64,000 bases of DNA from positions 310,001 through 374,000 of the forward strand of contig JANHCV010000007.1 in NCBI GenBank assembly GCA_025594325.1, given 5' to 3'. Positions 22,267 to 33,480 of the stretch are shown here, one piece after another. The stretch's first letter is position 1. Every line of letters starts with the position of its first letter. This DNA is from Blastocladiella emersonii ATCC 22665. Lineage: Eukaryota > Fungi > Blastocladiomycota. A program made the position numbers and the translations under genes. The notes beneath the pieces are model-generated. The model was not told where the DNA came from. It saw only the letters and a program-made list of their open reading frames with translations, and made no database searches.

Positions 22267-23229
22267 ATGGTCAACGTCATCGGCAAGGTCTGCATCGTGA
22301 CGGGCGCGGCGTCGGGCTACGGCCGCGAGCTGACGCTCCGCCTGTTCGGCAAGGGGTGCGTTCCTCTCGCGACCGCAACCCTCCTCCGTCTTCACGGCTT
22401 ACCCGCTCCCCTGAACATAGCGCCAAGGTGGTCCTGGTCGACATCAACGCGGACGCCGGCTCCACCTTCGCCGCCGAGCTGAACGCGCGCGAGGCCGGTT
22501 CCCCCGCGCGCGCCCTGTTCGTGCGCGCGGACGTGACATCGATGCCCGAGTTCCGCGCGGCCTTCGACGCGGCCGTGCAGAAGTGGGGCAGCGTGACGGT
22601 CGTGTTCAACAACGCGGGCGTGGTTGAGAAGAACGCGTTCCACGCGGACGCGCAGTGCGACTGGCGCCGCGTCATCGATATCGACCTCAACTCGGTGATC
22701 CTCGGCACCCAGCTCGCCATCGAGTACATGAGCAAGCCGGGTAACGGTGGTGGCGGCACGATTGTGAATGTCGCGAGTATGGCGGGGCTGCTGCCGATCC
22801 CGGACGGTACGCTACTCCTCGCCCTGGCTACGCGCGCGGTTGCTTACGCCGACCGTTGTAGCCCCCGTCTACTGCGCCGCCAAGCACGGCGTGGTGGGCT
22901 TCTCGACGTCGCTCAACCGGTTCGCGCGCCACGGGATCCGCGTCAACGCCGTGGCGCCCTTCTTCTCGGACACCCCGCTCGTCCGCGCCGGCCGCGCCAA
23001 CAGCGCGTCCTTTGACAAGACGCTCGCCAAGGTGGCGCTGGTCCCCGTCGCGACTGTCGTCGACGCCATGATGCACTGCGTCGAGGACGACTCGATGATC
23101 GGTCGAGGTACGTCGCTTTCTTGAAAGGGGTTCGAGGCGACATGTTGACCTCGTACGCGCGTGTGTGTAGTCCTGACCGTGACGCCCAAGGGCATCCACG
23201 CCGTGCCCAAGCGCTCGGCCAAGCTGTAA
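22267..23229 (+). CDS. classical short-chain dehydrogenase/reductase (15-hydroxyprostaglandin dehydrogenase-like), probably peroxisomal
   Basis: TGAASGYG, VLVDIN, NNAG and YCAAK motifs. Introns 22356-22420, 22807-22861 and 23108-23170. The spliced protein ends RSAKL*. Confidence 0.9.
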
Positions 23230-23393
23230 TCGCGCGCGTGCTACGTGCGAGTTGTGCGCGTGCTGCGCGTGCCGTGTCTCTGTGTACATTACCGAATACA
23301 AGTCGATTCAACAGGACCCTGTCTTTCTATCAAAATCGTTGTCTATCGGGAATCACACACACACACATCTACAACCCTTCGGCCGCCGCCCGC

Positions 23394-24782
23394 TCACGGC
23401 AGATACAGCACCGTGTCCTCCTCATTCCGCGCACCCCCACCACCACTACCAATACTCCCGCCGTCGGCGGGCTGCGCGACCGTCTTGGCCGCGAGCGCCG
23501 CCGCGAGATCGAACGCGCCGGGCCCGCCGGGGAGGTACAGCGTGTCGCGGTCACCCGTACCCCCCAACGTCGCGGTGGCGGCGGCCGTCGCGACGGGAAG
23601 CACGGCGGGCGACCCGGGCGCCGCGAGACTGTCGTCGGGCGTCTCCTTGAGCGCCGCGGGGCCCATGGCCATGGCGAACGCGAGGTGGTCGTCGCTGGTT
23701 GAGGCGGCGGCGGCGCGGGTCGTGGGGCTCGGCGGTGCCGCGGCAGATGCAGTAGGGGCAGGTGCGGCCGTCGCAGTCGCAGCCGTCGCAACAGCGACAG
23801 CAGCAGCGGCAGCGGGCGCCACGCCCATCCCGGGCTTCACAGACGCCCCCGCGACACCCGCCTCGACACCGCGCAGCTTGGCCTCGGCGCTGCGCGCGCG
23901 GCGGTACATGATGAGGGCGAGGAGGATCAGGACGACGGCGCCGGCCGCGATCCCGATGTACAGCCCGATAGGCGTCGACGCCGCGGTGCCGCCGTCGTTG
24001 GACCCGTTGCCGGCGGGCGGGAGCGAGCCGCTCGCGGTCGTGGTCGAGTTCGGGCCGCGGGCGGGCGAGTTACCGCTATTGCTGGTGCCCGAGGTCGGCG
24101 AGGAGGAAGGGTTCCCGTTGTTGTCCTGCGCAGAGCCCGGGGTGCCCGTCGGCGATGCGCCGCCCGAGCTGTTGTTGCCGCCGTTGCCCGAATCGTCCGA
24201 GCCCGAGCCGTTGGACGGCGACGGCGAGTTGGAGTTGGACGGCGCGGGCGGGTTGTTCCCGCCGCCGCCACCGCCGCCGCCACCACTCCCACCGCCGTTG
24301 GTAGGTGTAGGCGACGGCGGGTTGGGCGGACGCGACGTGGGCGATGGCGACGGCGCGGGTTTCGCGGACGGGCAGACGAACTTGAGCCCGACGTGGTGGA
24401 CCTGGACGAGCCGGCTGAACGTGTACGTCTCGACTTCGGTCAAAAAACACCCGCGGAACCCGCCGTCGGCCTGCTGGCGCCACTGGGTGTTGGACCCGGG
24501 GTTGAACCCGCCGTCGGCGGTCGCCTGAGCGAGGATCTGGTCGGTCCACGCAAACTCGAGCGTGTTGATGCCACCGCTGCGCCCGCCGCCGCCCTGGTGC
24601 GCGCAGCGGACGGTGATACCCTCGATGGCTTCGCCGCTGCGCTGCACGTTGAAGGACGTCACGTACGACCCGGCGGGCGCGCCGCGGATGCACGACTCGA
24701 CGGACGAGACCTGGCCCGGCAGGTCCGAGCCGGGTCCGACGCGCTTGTACTTTTCGTCGCCCGTGATTGGGGTGAACGACAT
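23394..24782 (-). CDS. single-pass membrane protein, LYLP-tail family member 1
   Basis: 462 aa: 4-Cys N-terminal domain, Ser/Pro/Gly/Asn stalk, TM helix (IGLYIGIAAGAVVLILLALIMY), basic stop-transfer RRAR, tail with LYLP twice, ending VLYLP*. Confidence 0.8.
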   Translation of the reverse strand: MSFTPITGDEKYKRVGPGSDLPGQVSSVESCIRGAPAGSYVTSFNVQRSGEAIEGITVRCAHQGGGGRSGGINTLEFAWTDQILAQATADGGFNPGSNTQWRQQADGGFRGCFLTEVETYTFSRLVQVHHVGLKFVCPSAKPAPSPSPTSRPPNPPSPTPTNGGGSGGGGGGGGGNNPPAPSNSNSPSPSNGSGSDDSGNGGNNSSGGASPTGTPGSAQDNNGNPSSSPTSGTSNSGNSPARGPNSTTTASGSLPPAGNGSNDGGTAASTPIGLYIGIAAGAVVLILLALIMYRRARSAEAKLRGVEAGVAGASVKPGMGVAPAAAAAVAVATAATATAAPAPTASAAAPPSPTTRAAAASTSDDHLAFAMAMGPAALKETPDDSLAAPGSPAVLPVATAAATATLGGTGDRDTLYLPGGPGAFDLAAALAAKTVAQPADGGSIGSGGGGARNEEDTVLYLP

Positions 24783-25709
24783 GGTCTATCGAATCTAGAA
24801 GGTGCTGCGGGGCGGAGACGGGGGTAAGCGAGCACATCTCACCGAGTTGCATCAGCGTCGACAGCGTACAAGATCGAGGCGGAGCGATTGCGAAAGAGAC
24901 GAGCGGGGAGGGAGAAGGCGTCTGGAACGGCGATGGCAGCGGCGAGGGTGGCGACACGGCCCGCTCGCTCGCCCGCGGCGATCCGCAAGCAAGCGAGCGA
25001 GCGAAGAGGCCACAACAGGCACCGGGCCGAGAGATCCCAAACGGGCGTCGCTGGCGGCGGCAGCAGCGTGGCCCCTCTCCGCGCGCACGCGGCCATCATC
25101 CCGCCCGCTCGAATCAAACCCCGATCTGGTCGGCTCAGGAGCTCCTCATGGCCGGCAATGGTTGGTTGCATCGAGTTGCATCACGCTGACCCGAGGCAGC
25201 GGTCGGACGCCCACATCGCCCAACGGCGGCGCGGCGGAAGCGCAAGCGGAAGCGACGTGGGCGTCCGATCGCCACATCACGTGTGTGGCGCCGCGCGTGA
25301 CTGTCTCGCGGCCTGTGTCTCGCGGGGCAGCGCTCGGGGCTCAGACGCTCGGGGCTCAGACGCTTGCGCAAAGCCAAAGATCTGCCTTGGTCCGAAGCGG
25401 TCGACAACCAGCGTTCGTTTCAATCGACGTGCGCGGCGTTTCGCTGCGCAGAGACGACCGCCAGCACGAACCAAGAGTCACGCCGGCGGGTCGCTCCTCA
25501 GTACACGAAACGAGCTTGATAGGGGTCGATCACACTGAGTTCAAGTAACTCGAGTCAGTCGCACATCTGCGCAAAGGGCTGAATGTGCGCGCGCGCGCGC
25601 ATCGTCGCGGAGCGGTCGGGAACGGCAGTGCAAAAGCGCGTCTATATTGAGGCAGGTACACACAACGAGAAAGGCTGCCGTGTCACACAAAAAGGTTGAT
25701 GGAGAAGCA

Positions 25710-26792
25710 TCAAGGCAAGTAAAGCACCGACTCGGACGCGGTACTCTGGCGGCGCCCGTCCGCAGCCGCGCGTGCCATCGTCACGCGAGCCACGGGCGCC
25801 GGCTTGGCGGTCGGCGGGAGCCCGCGGTCCATGGTGGGCAGGTAGAGCTCGCTCTCGCCGCTCCCGTGTCCGGGAAGGTACAGGGTGGACCGCGCGCTGG
25901 TCCGCGCGCGCTTGGCCGCCTTGACAAATGCGGCAAGGCTCGCCGAGCGCGGAGGACCGTCAAGCACAACGGCGGTCGGCGGGTGCGAGTCTGGGCCGAG
26001 CCCGTTCGGCTGCGCCGGATTGAAGCCGCCGCTGCGAAGCTTGGCCTGGGCAGCGCGCACCTTGTGGCGGTGGAAGAGGTACGCGAAGGTAGCGACGACG
26101 AGAGCGAGCGGGCCAAGGATAAAGTAGATAGTGACCGCGGACGAGCCGTTGTCGTCAGATGAACTTAAGCGCAGGGTCGGCGGCGGCGTGGGGGAAGGGG
26201 AACCACCACCGTTCGGCGGGCCAGTCGGTAACGGGGACCGGCCGATCAAAATGTCTGTACTTGAAGCGGTAGCGCGAGAAGATGTGGTCGTTGATGTCGT
26301 TGTCGAGGATCGAGTCGGGCTCGACGTTGGTGGGCACACAAAGGTCAGCGCAAGATTCACGACGACTTCCCCCTTAAAGGGCGTGATCCCAGTCAGGAAG
26401 CAGCTCTTGAGCTCGTTGTCATCCTGCTGCCGCCAAAAGCCCGTCGAACTCATAAAGAAACGAGAGCCTTGGCCCGCGTACTCGAGTTGCGTGATGCCGG
26501 TGTTGTCCCAGCCGACCACAAGCGAGTTGATGCCATCAGATCGGATCGGGCCGTTGACGAAGACGAGGGACGAAATCGGCCGTTCGTGGGCACAGTCGAT
26601 GAACAAGGCACGCAAATGCCCGGAAGGAAGCCAGTTTACGTTGATGGCCGACACGAATGAGTTGGGCGGGTTATCGGTGTTCCTGTTGGTGCAAGACTGC
26701 GGCATGGCCGCCTCCCGAAACCGGCTCGGGCCGAGACCGACCTCGCGGGTCCGCGTCACGCCGACCTTGGGCGTGAAGGCTGGGTTCGACAT
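25710..26792 (-). CDS. single-pass membrane protein, LYLP-tail family member 2
   Basis: 360 aa with the same architecture (CAH, DGINSL, WRQQDD, CFLT, FVCP; TM helix; AQAKLR); LYLP three times. Confidence 0.8.
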   Translation of the reverse strand: MSNPAFTPKVGVTRTREVGLGPSRFREAAMPQSCTNRNTDNPPNSFVSAINVNWLPSGHLRALFIDCAHERPISSLVFVNGPIRSDGINSLVVGWDNTGITQLEYAGQGSRFFMSSTGFWRQQDDNELKSCFLTGITPFKGEVVVNLALTFVCPPTSSPTRSSTTTSTTTSSRATASSTDILIGRSPLPTGPPNGGGSPSPTPPPTLRLSSSDDNGSSAVTIYFILGPLALVVATFAYLFHRHKVRAAQAKLRSGGFNPAQPNGLGPDSHPPTAVVLDGPPRSASLAAFVKAAKRARTSARSTLYLPGHGSGESELYLPTMDRGLPPTAKPAPVARVTMARAAADGRRQSTASESVLYLP

Positions 26793-27191
26793 GCTGGGCT
26801 ACCAGAGCTGGAGTATCGGTTAGGACTCGCTGCGTCTATGTTTCATGGAGTGGTCATACAGTGCGGTCAGCGAGCAGCCGCGGCGGAAGAGCGAGAGGGG
26901 GAGAAGGGATCGTTCGGCGGGCGGATCGTCGGCGGCGGGCAGCGCAACGGTTGCAAGCGCCGCCAGGGCGTGCCCATGTGGGCGCACTGCCGCTTCGTCC
27001 AAGCGCCGTCCGTGCAAACCGAGCGGCCAGTTTTGCGCGCTCACGTGCCGAGTTGATCACAAGCACGTGAGCGAGAGCGCGTCGATCATCTCGCCCCCCT
27101 TCGTGACCGCGATTCTCGCGGCTACCGCCGAGTCGATCGACGGAGATCTAGCTGTGCGGCTTGCGACAAGTCAGAAGGGCATCAAGGCGCT

Positions 27192-27621
27192 CTATTCCTT
27201 TATCTAGAGCTCCGGCGGGAGGACACAGCGCGGGGGATATCGCCGGCTTACACACAAAAATTGGTGCCTGGTCGCTTCAACGGGCGGGAACCCGATCTGC
27301 AACTCGTACCGCTTGTTGAGCGTGTAATAACCGGAGCCCTTGCCCATGACCTGGATCGTGAGCTGCCCCGGCACGGTGGAGTTGGATTTGACGCCTTTCA
27401 TATCGCAGCAGCCTATACGCGCGTTGGGACGAGTTGTGAGGCGTTTGTCGCGGGGAGAGCAAGGCAGCCCGCGTACCAGCACTGGCCGATCCAGCGAAGA
27501 CGGCGAGAACGAGAAGGGCAGGAAGCAAGGCGGCGGTAGTGCCGGTTATCAAGCTCAGGGACGACACGCGACGCGAGTCGCCACTGCGGCGCGGAGGCAA
27601 GGTGTGCGCCATCATTTCCAT
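27192..27621 (-). CDS. small putative secreted protein (~107 aa, 3 exons)
   Basis: Hydrophobic LLPALLVLAVFAGSASA segment. Introns 27413-27476 (GTACGC...TAG) and 27204-27251 (GTAAGC...TAG) give a continuous frame GCCDMKGVKS...HQFLC-IKE*. Confidence 0.6.
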
Positions 27622-27985
27622 GTGTCCGTGCCCTCGTGGTCGCGAGAAGGTGGACGCGAGAAGGGCTTGATGCAAGCTGGCGCTGAAGCAAAGCGAAGAT
27701 CGCGCTGTGAGGTCAAGTCGGGTTTCTTATAAGAGTGCAGCAAGTCGCAGTTGCCGATGGTTCAGTTCATTCGCTACGTTGCATTCGTGTCGAAAGGGCG
27801 AGAACGCTCTCAGCGGTGCGACTCAGGATCAGGGCGCGCCTGATGGCGCAAGGGTGCGGTGCGAACGGCCCGGCAGATCACGAGGGCAGCAACGCCGATC
27901 TGAGCGTCGATCGCGCACACGTGTTGCATGTCCCGCCTTGGCAGAGCGACGCGTCGCGTTTCAGGCATGTTCTGAGTTCGCTCGA

Positions 27986-28170
27986 GCGGAAACAGGCCAT
28001 ACCATGTACGTCGAAGCGTTTGTCTTATTCTATAGCTCGGCAAGATAAACAAAAGTGCCGGATTTCACACGAACTTCGTGGTAAGTTGTTCAATCGGGGC
28101 AGATGGAGCATTCCGCTGCCTGCATCATCTCGCGCATCAGCAGCAGCCGAGCGCGTCGAGCCGATCTAAA
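27986..28170 (-). pseudogene. relic 3' end and 3' flank of a fourth LYLP-family gene
   Basis: Aligns by eye with 47595-47770 and encodes ARDDAGSGMLHLP, versus ARDDAGSGVLYLP* in member 3. Confidence 0.7.
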
Positions 28171-28241
28171 CCTTGCCAAACATACGCAAAGGAAATCACA
28201 ACAAAAGATATATATTCGCGCGCTTGTGCGCAAGACGCTAA

Positions 28242-31200
28242 TCAATCGAGCTCCACAATTCGGCTGTCGTCCACCCCACTCTTGTCGCTATCGTGTGCTC
28301 CAATCGAGGAAGTGGAACCAGACGCGCCGGGAGCAGTGGGCGGCGGGATCGGGACGCGGTACTGCCGCCCGTGTCCAGGGAAGAGGGGCTGGATATAGCT
28401 CACGCGGAGGTAAGGACGCAGCCGTTCAAGGAAGTCGGGGTCAAAGTACTCGGCTCCGGGCATGCGCTCGTTCGAGTCGCCAGTCTTCGGCAAGCAGTGC
28501 GACCCGAAAGCAATGTACTTGACGACACAGGACACGAAAGCGTCAGGGACAAGGAGTTGCATGACGCGCCAGCTGAAACCGACGTATTCCCCAGCAATGC
28601 GAGCGAGCAAACGCATGCTGCGAGCGTCCTCGCTCAGCCCTGGTACGTCACACTTGAGCGTCATTAAGAGAGTGCTCGCCAGATAGCTCATCTCGAGCAC
28701 TGGAGTGTGTGCACGCGACAGGTCAGACGGCGGGACCACCGACATCCGGTGCAAGATCAACACAGCGATGTGAACGGGTTGCTCGCACACGCCCTCGACC
28801 CCGCTCATAAAGAGCTCCACAACGCGCACACCACGCTCGTAGCCCATAAAGAGCTGCATCGAAAAGTAACGCAGATAAAGCTCCTCCGACGCCACGTCAG
28901 TACTGAAGACGCGCAGGTCCAGGTCCTTGGACGACACTTCGTCGTCTGAAAGCAGCATCTTGAGATCACGCGCCGCCTTGAAGTCTGCATCAGAAAAATT
29001 GTTGCGCACAGCAGCCAGCGCGAGCTTTTGGTCGGTACGGTTAAGCTGTCCCGTTGAGTACACGTCAGCGTAGTCAGCAAAAGCGGGAAAGTTCGGGATG
29101 AGAGCTACGTTGAACGAGACCGGCGCAAGGATACGCGAGAGGATGACCTTGATAAATCGCCGCTGCGCGTTGGGCGCTACGAAATCAACTGTGACTGGGC
29201 ATGGTAGGCGCATGACCTGCTGCGAGCCATCATCAAATTCAAGAACCGCGGCACTGGCTGCGCGTGAGAAGTTCCTGTGAGAAACCCGTGTGCGACGGTG
29301 AGCAAGAGGGACAGCTAGGGTAAGCTCAACCATGTCGGCCTTTTCGACGGCATGCACCACAGGGAAAGCGAGGCTTGGTGACAGCGGTGTCACATTATCG
29401 CTGAATCGAAGAAACCGCGAATGCGCTGCAAAGTTGGCCAAGCTAGTCGTGGCGGCAGAAAACGAGTTGACGGGCACCTTGGCCATCGTCATGGACGCGA
29501 GCAAAACGCGCGAAGTACGCGCCGCCGCAGTATCCGCAGAGCCGTAATCAAAGCGGATGTAAGCGTTGCGCTGCTTAGCCAAGCCCTCCGCGACATGACG
29601 CGGAATGTAAGTGGAGATTCGAAGCTGCTCCGCATTGCCGTCGCCTGCAGGCCCGACAACAAAGCTGCGGAACTGGTGCGTCACGGCACCGAGAGTAAGC
29701 TCAAGCGACATGACCAAGTGCGGGTTCACGGCGCTCGCAGCCGTGACCAAATCGCGGTCAATGAGCCCATCGATGCGATACAGGTGCGAATCGTGGATCA
29801 TTCCTTTGACGTTGATCGGAAAGCCGTAAAGCTCCGCTTGAGCAAATACCTCGGCCACAGATCCCGCAAGCCACGGACTCGCAAGCATCGCCGACCACAG
29901 CTCGCGTGCGTCGGGCCATGGGGCAGACTCAAGCTGCGTGGAACCGGTCCACGTCAGTCGGCCCGAAGCGAAAGCAAAAGCAAGCAGTTTGGGGAGGAGC
30001 GCACCAGTTGCGTGCGGCCCCGCTACACGTCCAAAATGTTAGCCGAGAGAATCGAGTAAGGATTACACACATAGTAACGCACCAGGCAAACCAGTGAGCG
30101 CAGCTGAGTCAGACCCACTGAGTTCCTCAGCGCACTGAACAAGTACGTTGAGAAGGAAAGCCGACTCGCGCAAAGCGATAGGAAGCGTGGGCGTAGCGAG
30201 TTTGAAGAAGGTAAAATCCTCGCGACTGCAGCCGCCGCGGCGCATGAGCTGGGACTGACTCCATGCAGTACGTGTCGTGTACGACCCCCAAAAGTCCCCA
30301 GTGGCACGTTCAAGGAGGTTTACGCCCAAAAGCGTTGGGAATGCTTCAAGTGGAAGAGCAGTGACATGACGGAGAAAGTCTTCGCGCGAGGATGCAATTG
30401 GGTAAACATGGTGAGTCCAAGTCAAAATGAGGGAGCGCGAAGTCACCCAGTTGCTCGCCAGAAGAGGCGACGCGTGGACAAGCAGATTCAGCAGACCGCA
30501 CGTGTCCAGCAAGTTGCCCGTCTCGATCACGTTGAACCGGAGGAAGTTCGATTCATGCGGGAACGAAAGCTGCTCGTCGTCTATGAAGTTGGTAGGCTGA
30601 GGTGGATGAGTAATTTGGGGATGCGAGGCAAGCTTCTCCATGATTTCCACGGGGTGCCCAGAAACGAAGACGACACGGCACAAGAACGCCGCCACCGCTG
30701 GTTCCTCGTTCCAGGTCAAAACATGCTTTGGAGCAACGGTAGCTCGGCGGCGGTTGCTGCCAGGACCAAATGCCTCGACAAGATTGTTGACGTGTTTGAG
30801 CAACGCGCGCAACATGCTCCCGTGGAGATCGGTGGGCTCTACGTGGAATACGTTGAGCGGAGAGAACTCGTATGGGGCCGAGAACGAAAGTTTGCCATCG
30901 GGGCCGACGAGTAGCATGGTTGGGTTCACAGAGAGGTCGGGAAGTACGCCGTCGTGGTCCAAAAGCGTCGAACGGTTGATCAAGTCGAAGAGGAATGCAC
31001 CGTTGGAGAGAAGCGAGCGAGCTTTGCGCTGAAGCATCGCCTCGTGAATACCAGTCGGAAAATCGCTACCGTACGTATCACGCAAATTGTCCATGAACCA
31101 AGCAGCAGCGGCGTCGACGTGGTCACTGCGACCAGCTTGGCGGGCAAAGTCTGCGTCGCGTTCCTCGGCAAGCTGTTCTCTCGACCAATCGCAATTGATC

Positions 31201-31772
31201 CACGAATTCCAGCAGGAGCGGACGGCGCCGAGGGTGTCTGCGTCAAGCACTCGGACCTGGGCATCGTCTCGAGTCCAATCCTCGGTCAGGCAAGCGCGCA
31301 TCTGGTTGATCCAAAACAGTTGGGCCTCGGGCTCAAGAAGGAGCGAGTAAAGGAGCTGACCGATGTGGCGAGCGAAGTTGTAAGTGTCCGAATCGCGAAA
31401 CTCGGCAACGGCATGGAGTACGAGCAAGTTGCGCGCGAGGACCTCGGGGTGCGTGTCGCTGAGTACAAAGGTAAGATCGCAGGTGGAATTGTACTTGCGT
31501 TTCGTGTCTTCGAAGGTGTGCGCCACCGTTCGAAGGTCACCACATTGGAAGATCAGCGCGTCGAGCCGTCGGTGAGCACGTGGGTTTTGATGTAAGAAGA
31601 TGTCACGCGAGTAAGAGCGGCCATAAGCATAGTATGGGTCGGCCGCGTCACCAAGTGCCAGCGTGGCGCAAGTCAGTGACGGCACCGGCGCCACAGTGGG
31701 GACAGCAGGTGCTTCCGGAGCTCCACGGGGTTCGGCCGCGCGTTTGCGGCTAGTCTTGTTCTTTTGCTCCAT
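28242..31772 (-). CDS. DUF4470-like protein, copy D (intact, intron 30023-30082)
   Basis: ATG at 31772 (MEQKNKTSRKR). A GTGCGT...GCTAAC...TAG intron removes an in-frame stop and joins ORFs 30063-31826 and 28242-29888. Ends SRIVELD*. Confidence 0.85.
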
Positions 31773-32069
31773 GTTAGCGTGGGGGTTGGCTGCATCGGCC
31801 AGGAGCGGGACGAGCCGTCGCCACACTCTCGGAAAGCGCTCGGGCGTGTGAACCCGCGGCGGTGGCTGATCACGCCCGCGTCACATGATATCGCGGCGCG
31901 TCGGAGCTCCGCGATGTAAGCCGTGGCGATTTCTCTTGATCCCTGCGCGCCCAGAGAAAAATGGAGCATTATACTTGAGGCACCTAGACGCTTCGCGTCT
32001 GGTTTTCAATTGAGGGCTAAAGCCCGCGCCACGTTGGGCGCTTGCGCCGTTTCACGCGTGGTAGTACAG

Positions 32070-32125
32070 CGCGTCGCAGCTTCGCGCGTCGCAGCTTCGC
32101 GCGTCGCAGCTTCGCGCGTCGCAGC
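32070..32125. repeat. 15-bp tandem repeat (CGCGTCGCAGCTTCG) x3.7
   Basis: Read directly. Confidence 0.9.
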
Positions 32126-32276
32126 ACAGCGCGTTCCCCTGCTGCGCGATGCGCGCGCTTCAACAAAGGATGGTGCGGTTGGTCGCTCGCGTTGAGTGGC
32201 GGCAGGGCACCGTCATGTGTCACCGGCGCGGCATCAGCAATCGCGCTGCAGCGAGGGCGCCAAGCAAGCTCCTGCA

Positions 32277-33320
32277 TGGCGCTGAGAGTTCAGGGATCGT
32301 TCGCGACGACGAAGTAGTGCGAGGAGGTGGATCTTGGTCGCCGTGTACACAAGAAGACGAGAAGACGGCGCGGCGCGACCACGGAACGTAACCTTCCGCG
32401 TCAGAGGTTCCCAATGGTGGCGGCAGCACAAACACTAGAGAATAGATCCGCGGCCACGACTGGATCACGACCGCGAACCGACCCAACGCGGCGAAGAGGC
32501 AGAAGGTCCAGCACAACGAGGGTCAGATATATGAACAGTACGCGAGGGATTTCCACGATCGAGAGGGGAGGGAGAGCGAACACGGCGACGGCAGCGACGT
32601 CGGTGTAGAGACGGAGAACGGGTGAAAGGCGGGGAGCGCGGGGTGACGACGATCACGGCCAGCGCGGCCAGAGAGACGGGCGAGAGAGCGAGGATGGTGG
32701 GAAGAGCGAAATGGTAGAGCAGGGCGACAAGGGACAGGGCACCGCGGTGACGAGCGGAGCGAGACTGGGCAAAGAGTTTGATGTAGACAGACCTGGATCA
32801 CGACCGCAAACCAACCCGACGCGGCGAAGAGGCAGAAGGTCCAGCACAACAAGGGTGCTGACCAACGCCAGGGCGTAGGCGGCGGCCGGTACTTATTGTG
32901 GTCGTGGGCGAGGCGAGGCCGCTGCTGGCGGAGGTGGGCGAAGGGCGCCGAGCACTGCGGTGCGGCAGCGATGATCGAGTCGAACAGGTTGGGCAGATGA
33001 TCTTGGGGCACGGCGCGAGCGGGCCGAGCGGGTTGGGGCACACGGCGCGGGATCATGGGGCGAGAAGCGCGCGAGCACGCGAGTTGAGGGTTGGTACACG
33101 GGCGGGGACGCAGCGCGTGATGCGCCGAGTGGCACAGCGGGTGAACACGGCCGAGATGAGGAACACGGGGTAGCGGCGGAACGGGGCCAGAGCGCGTGAG
33201 AAGGCGCGATCGGGTGGTCGGCGGCGCCACATCACGTGCGATATGCGAGACAGCGTGCGAGACAGAAAAAAGAGAGAGGAGGAAGCGTGTAGACAGGGAG
33301 CAAGCCACCCACTCACAGCG
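32277..33320. repeat. dispersed repeat, copy 1 (direct copy at 46098-46863)
   Basis: Near-identical sequence in the same orientation. This copy has an extra 269-bp segment flanked by a ~64-bp duplication. Confidence 0.85.
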
Positions 33321-33480
33321 GTGCGCTTGAACTAGCCGCTGAAGGAAGACCGATGCTGACGCGGCGCTTGGGATTGCATGGGCCACGTAGCGACCCGGAA
33401 TAGGGCCTTTTATTGTTTGGGGAGCCTCGCTCATTCTCCCCTCCGTTGTGCCTCATGTTCCGCGAGAACCAGTATATATG

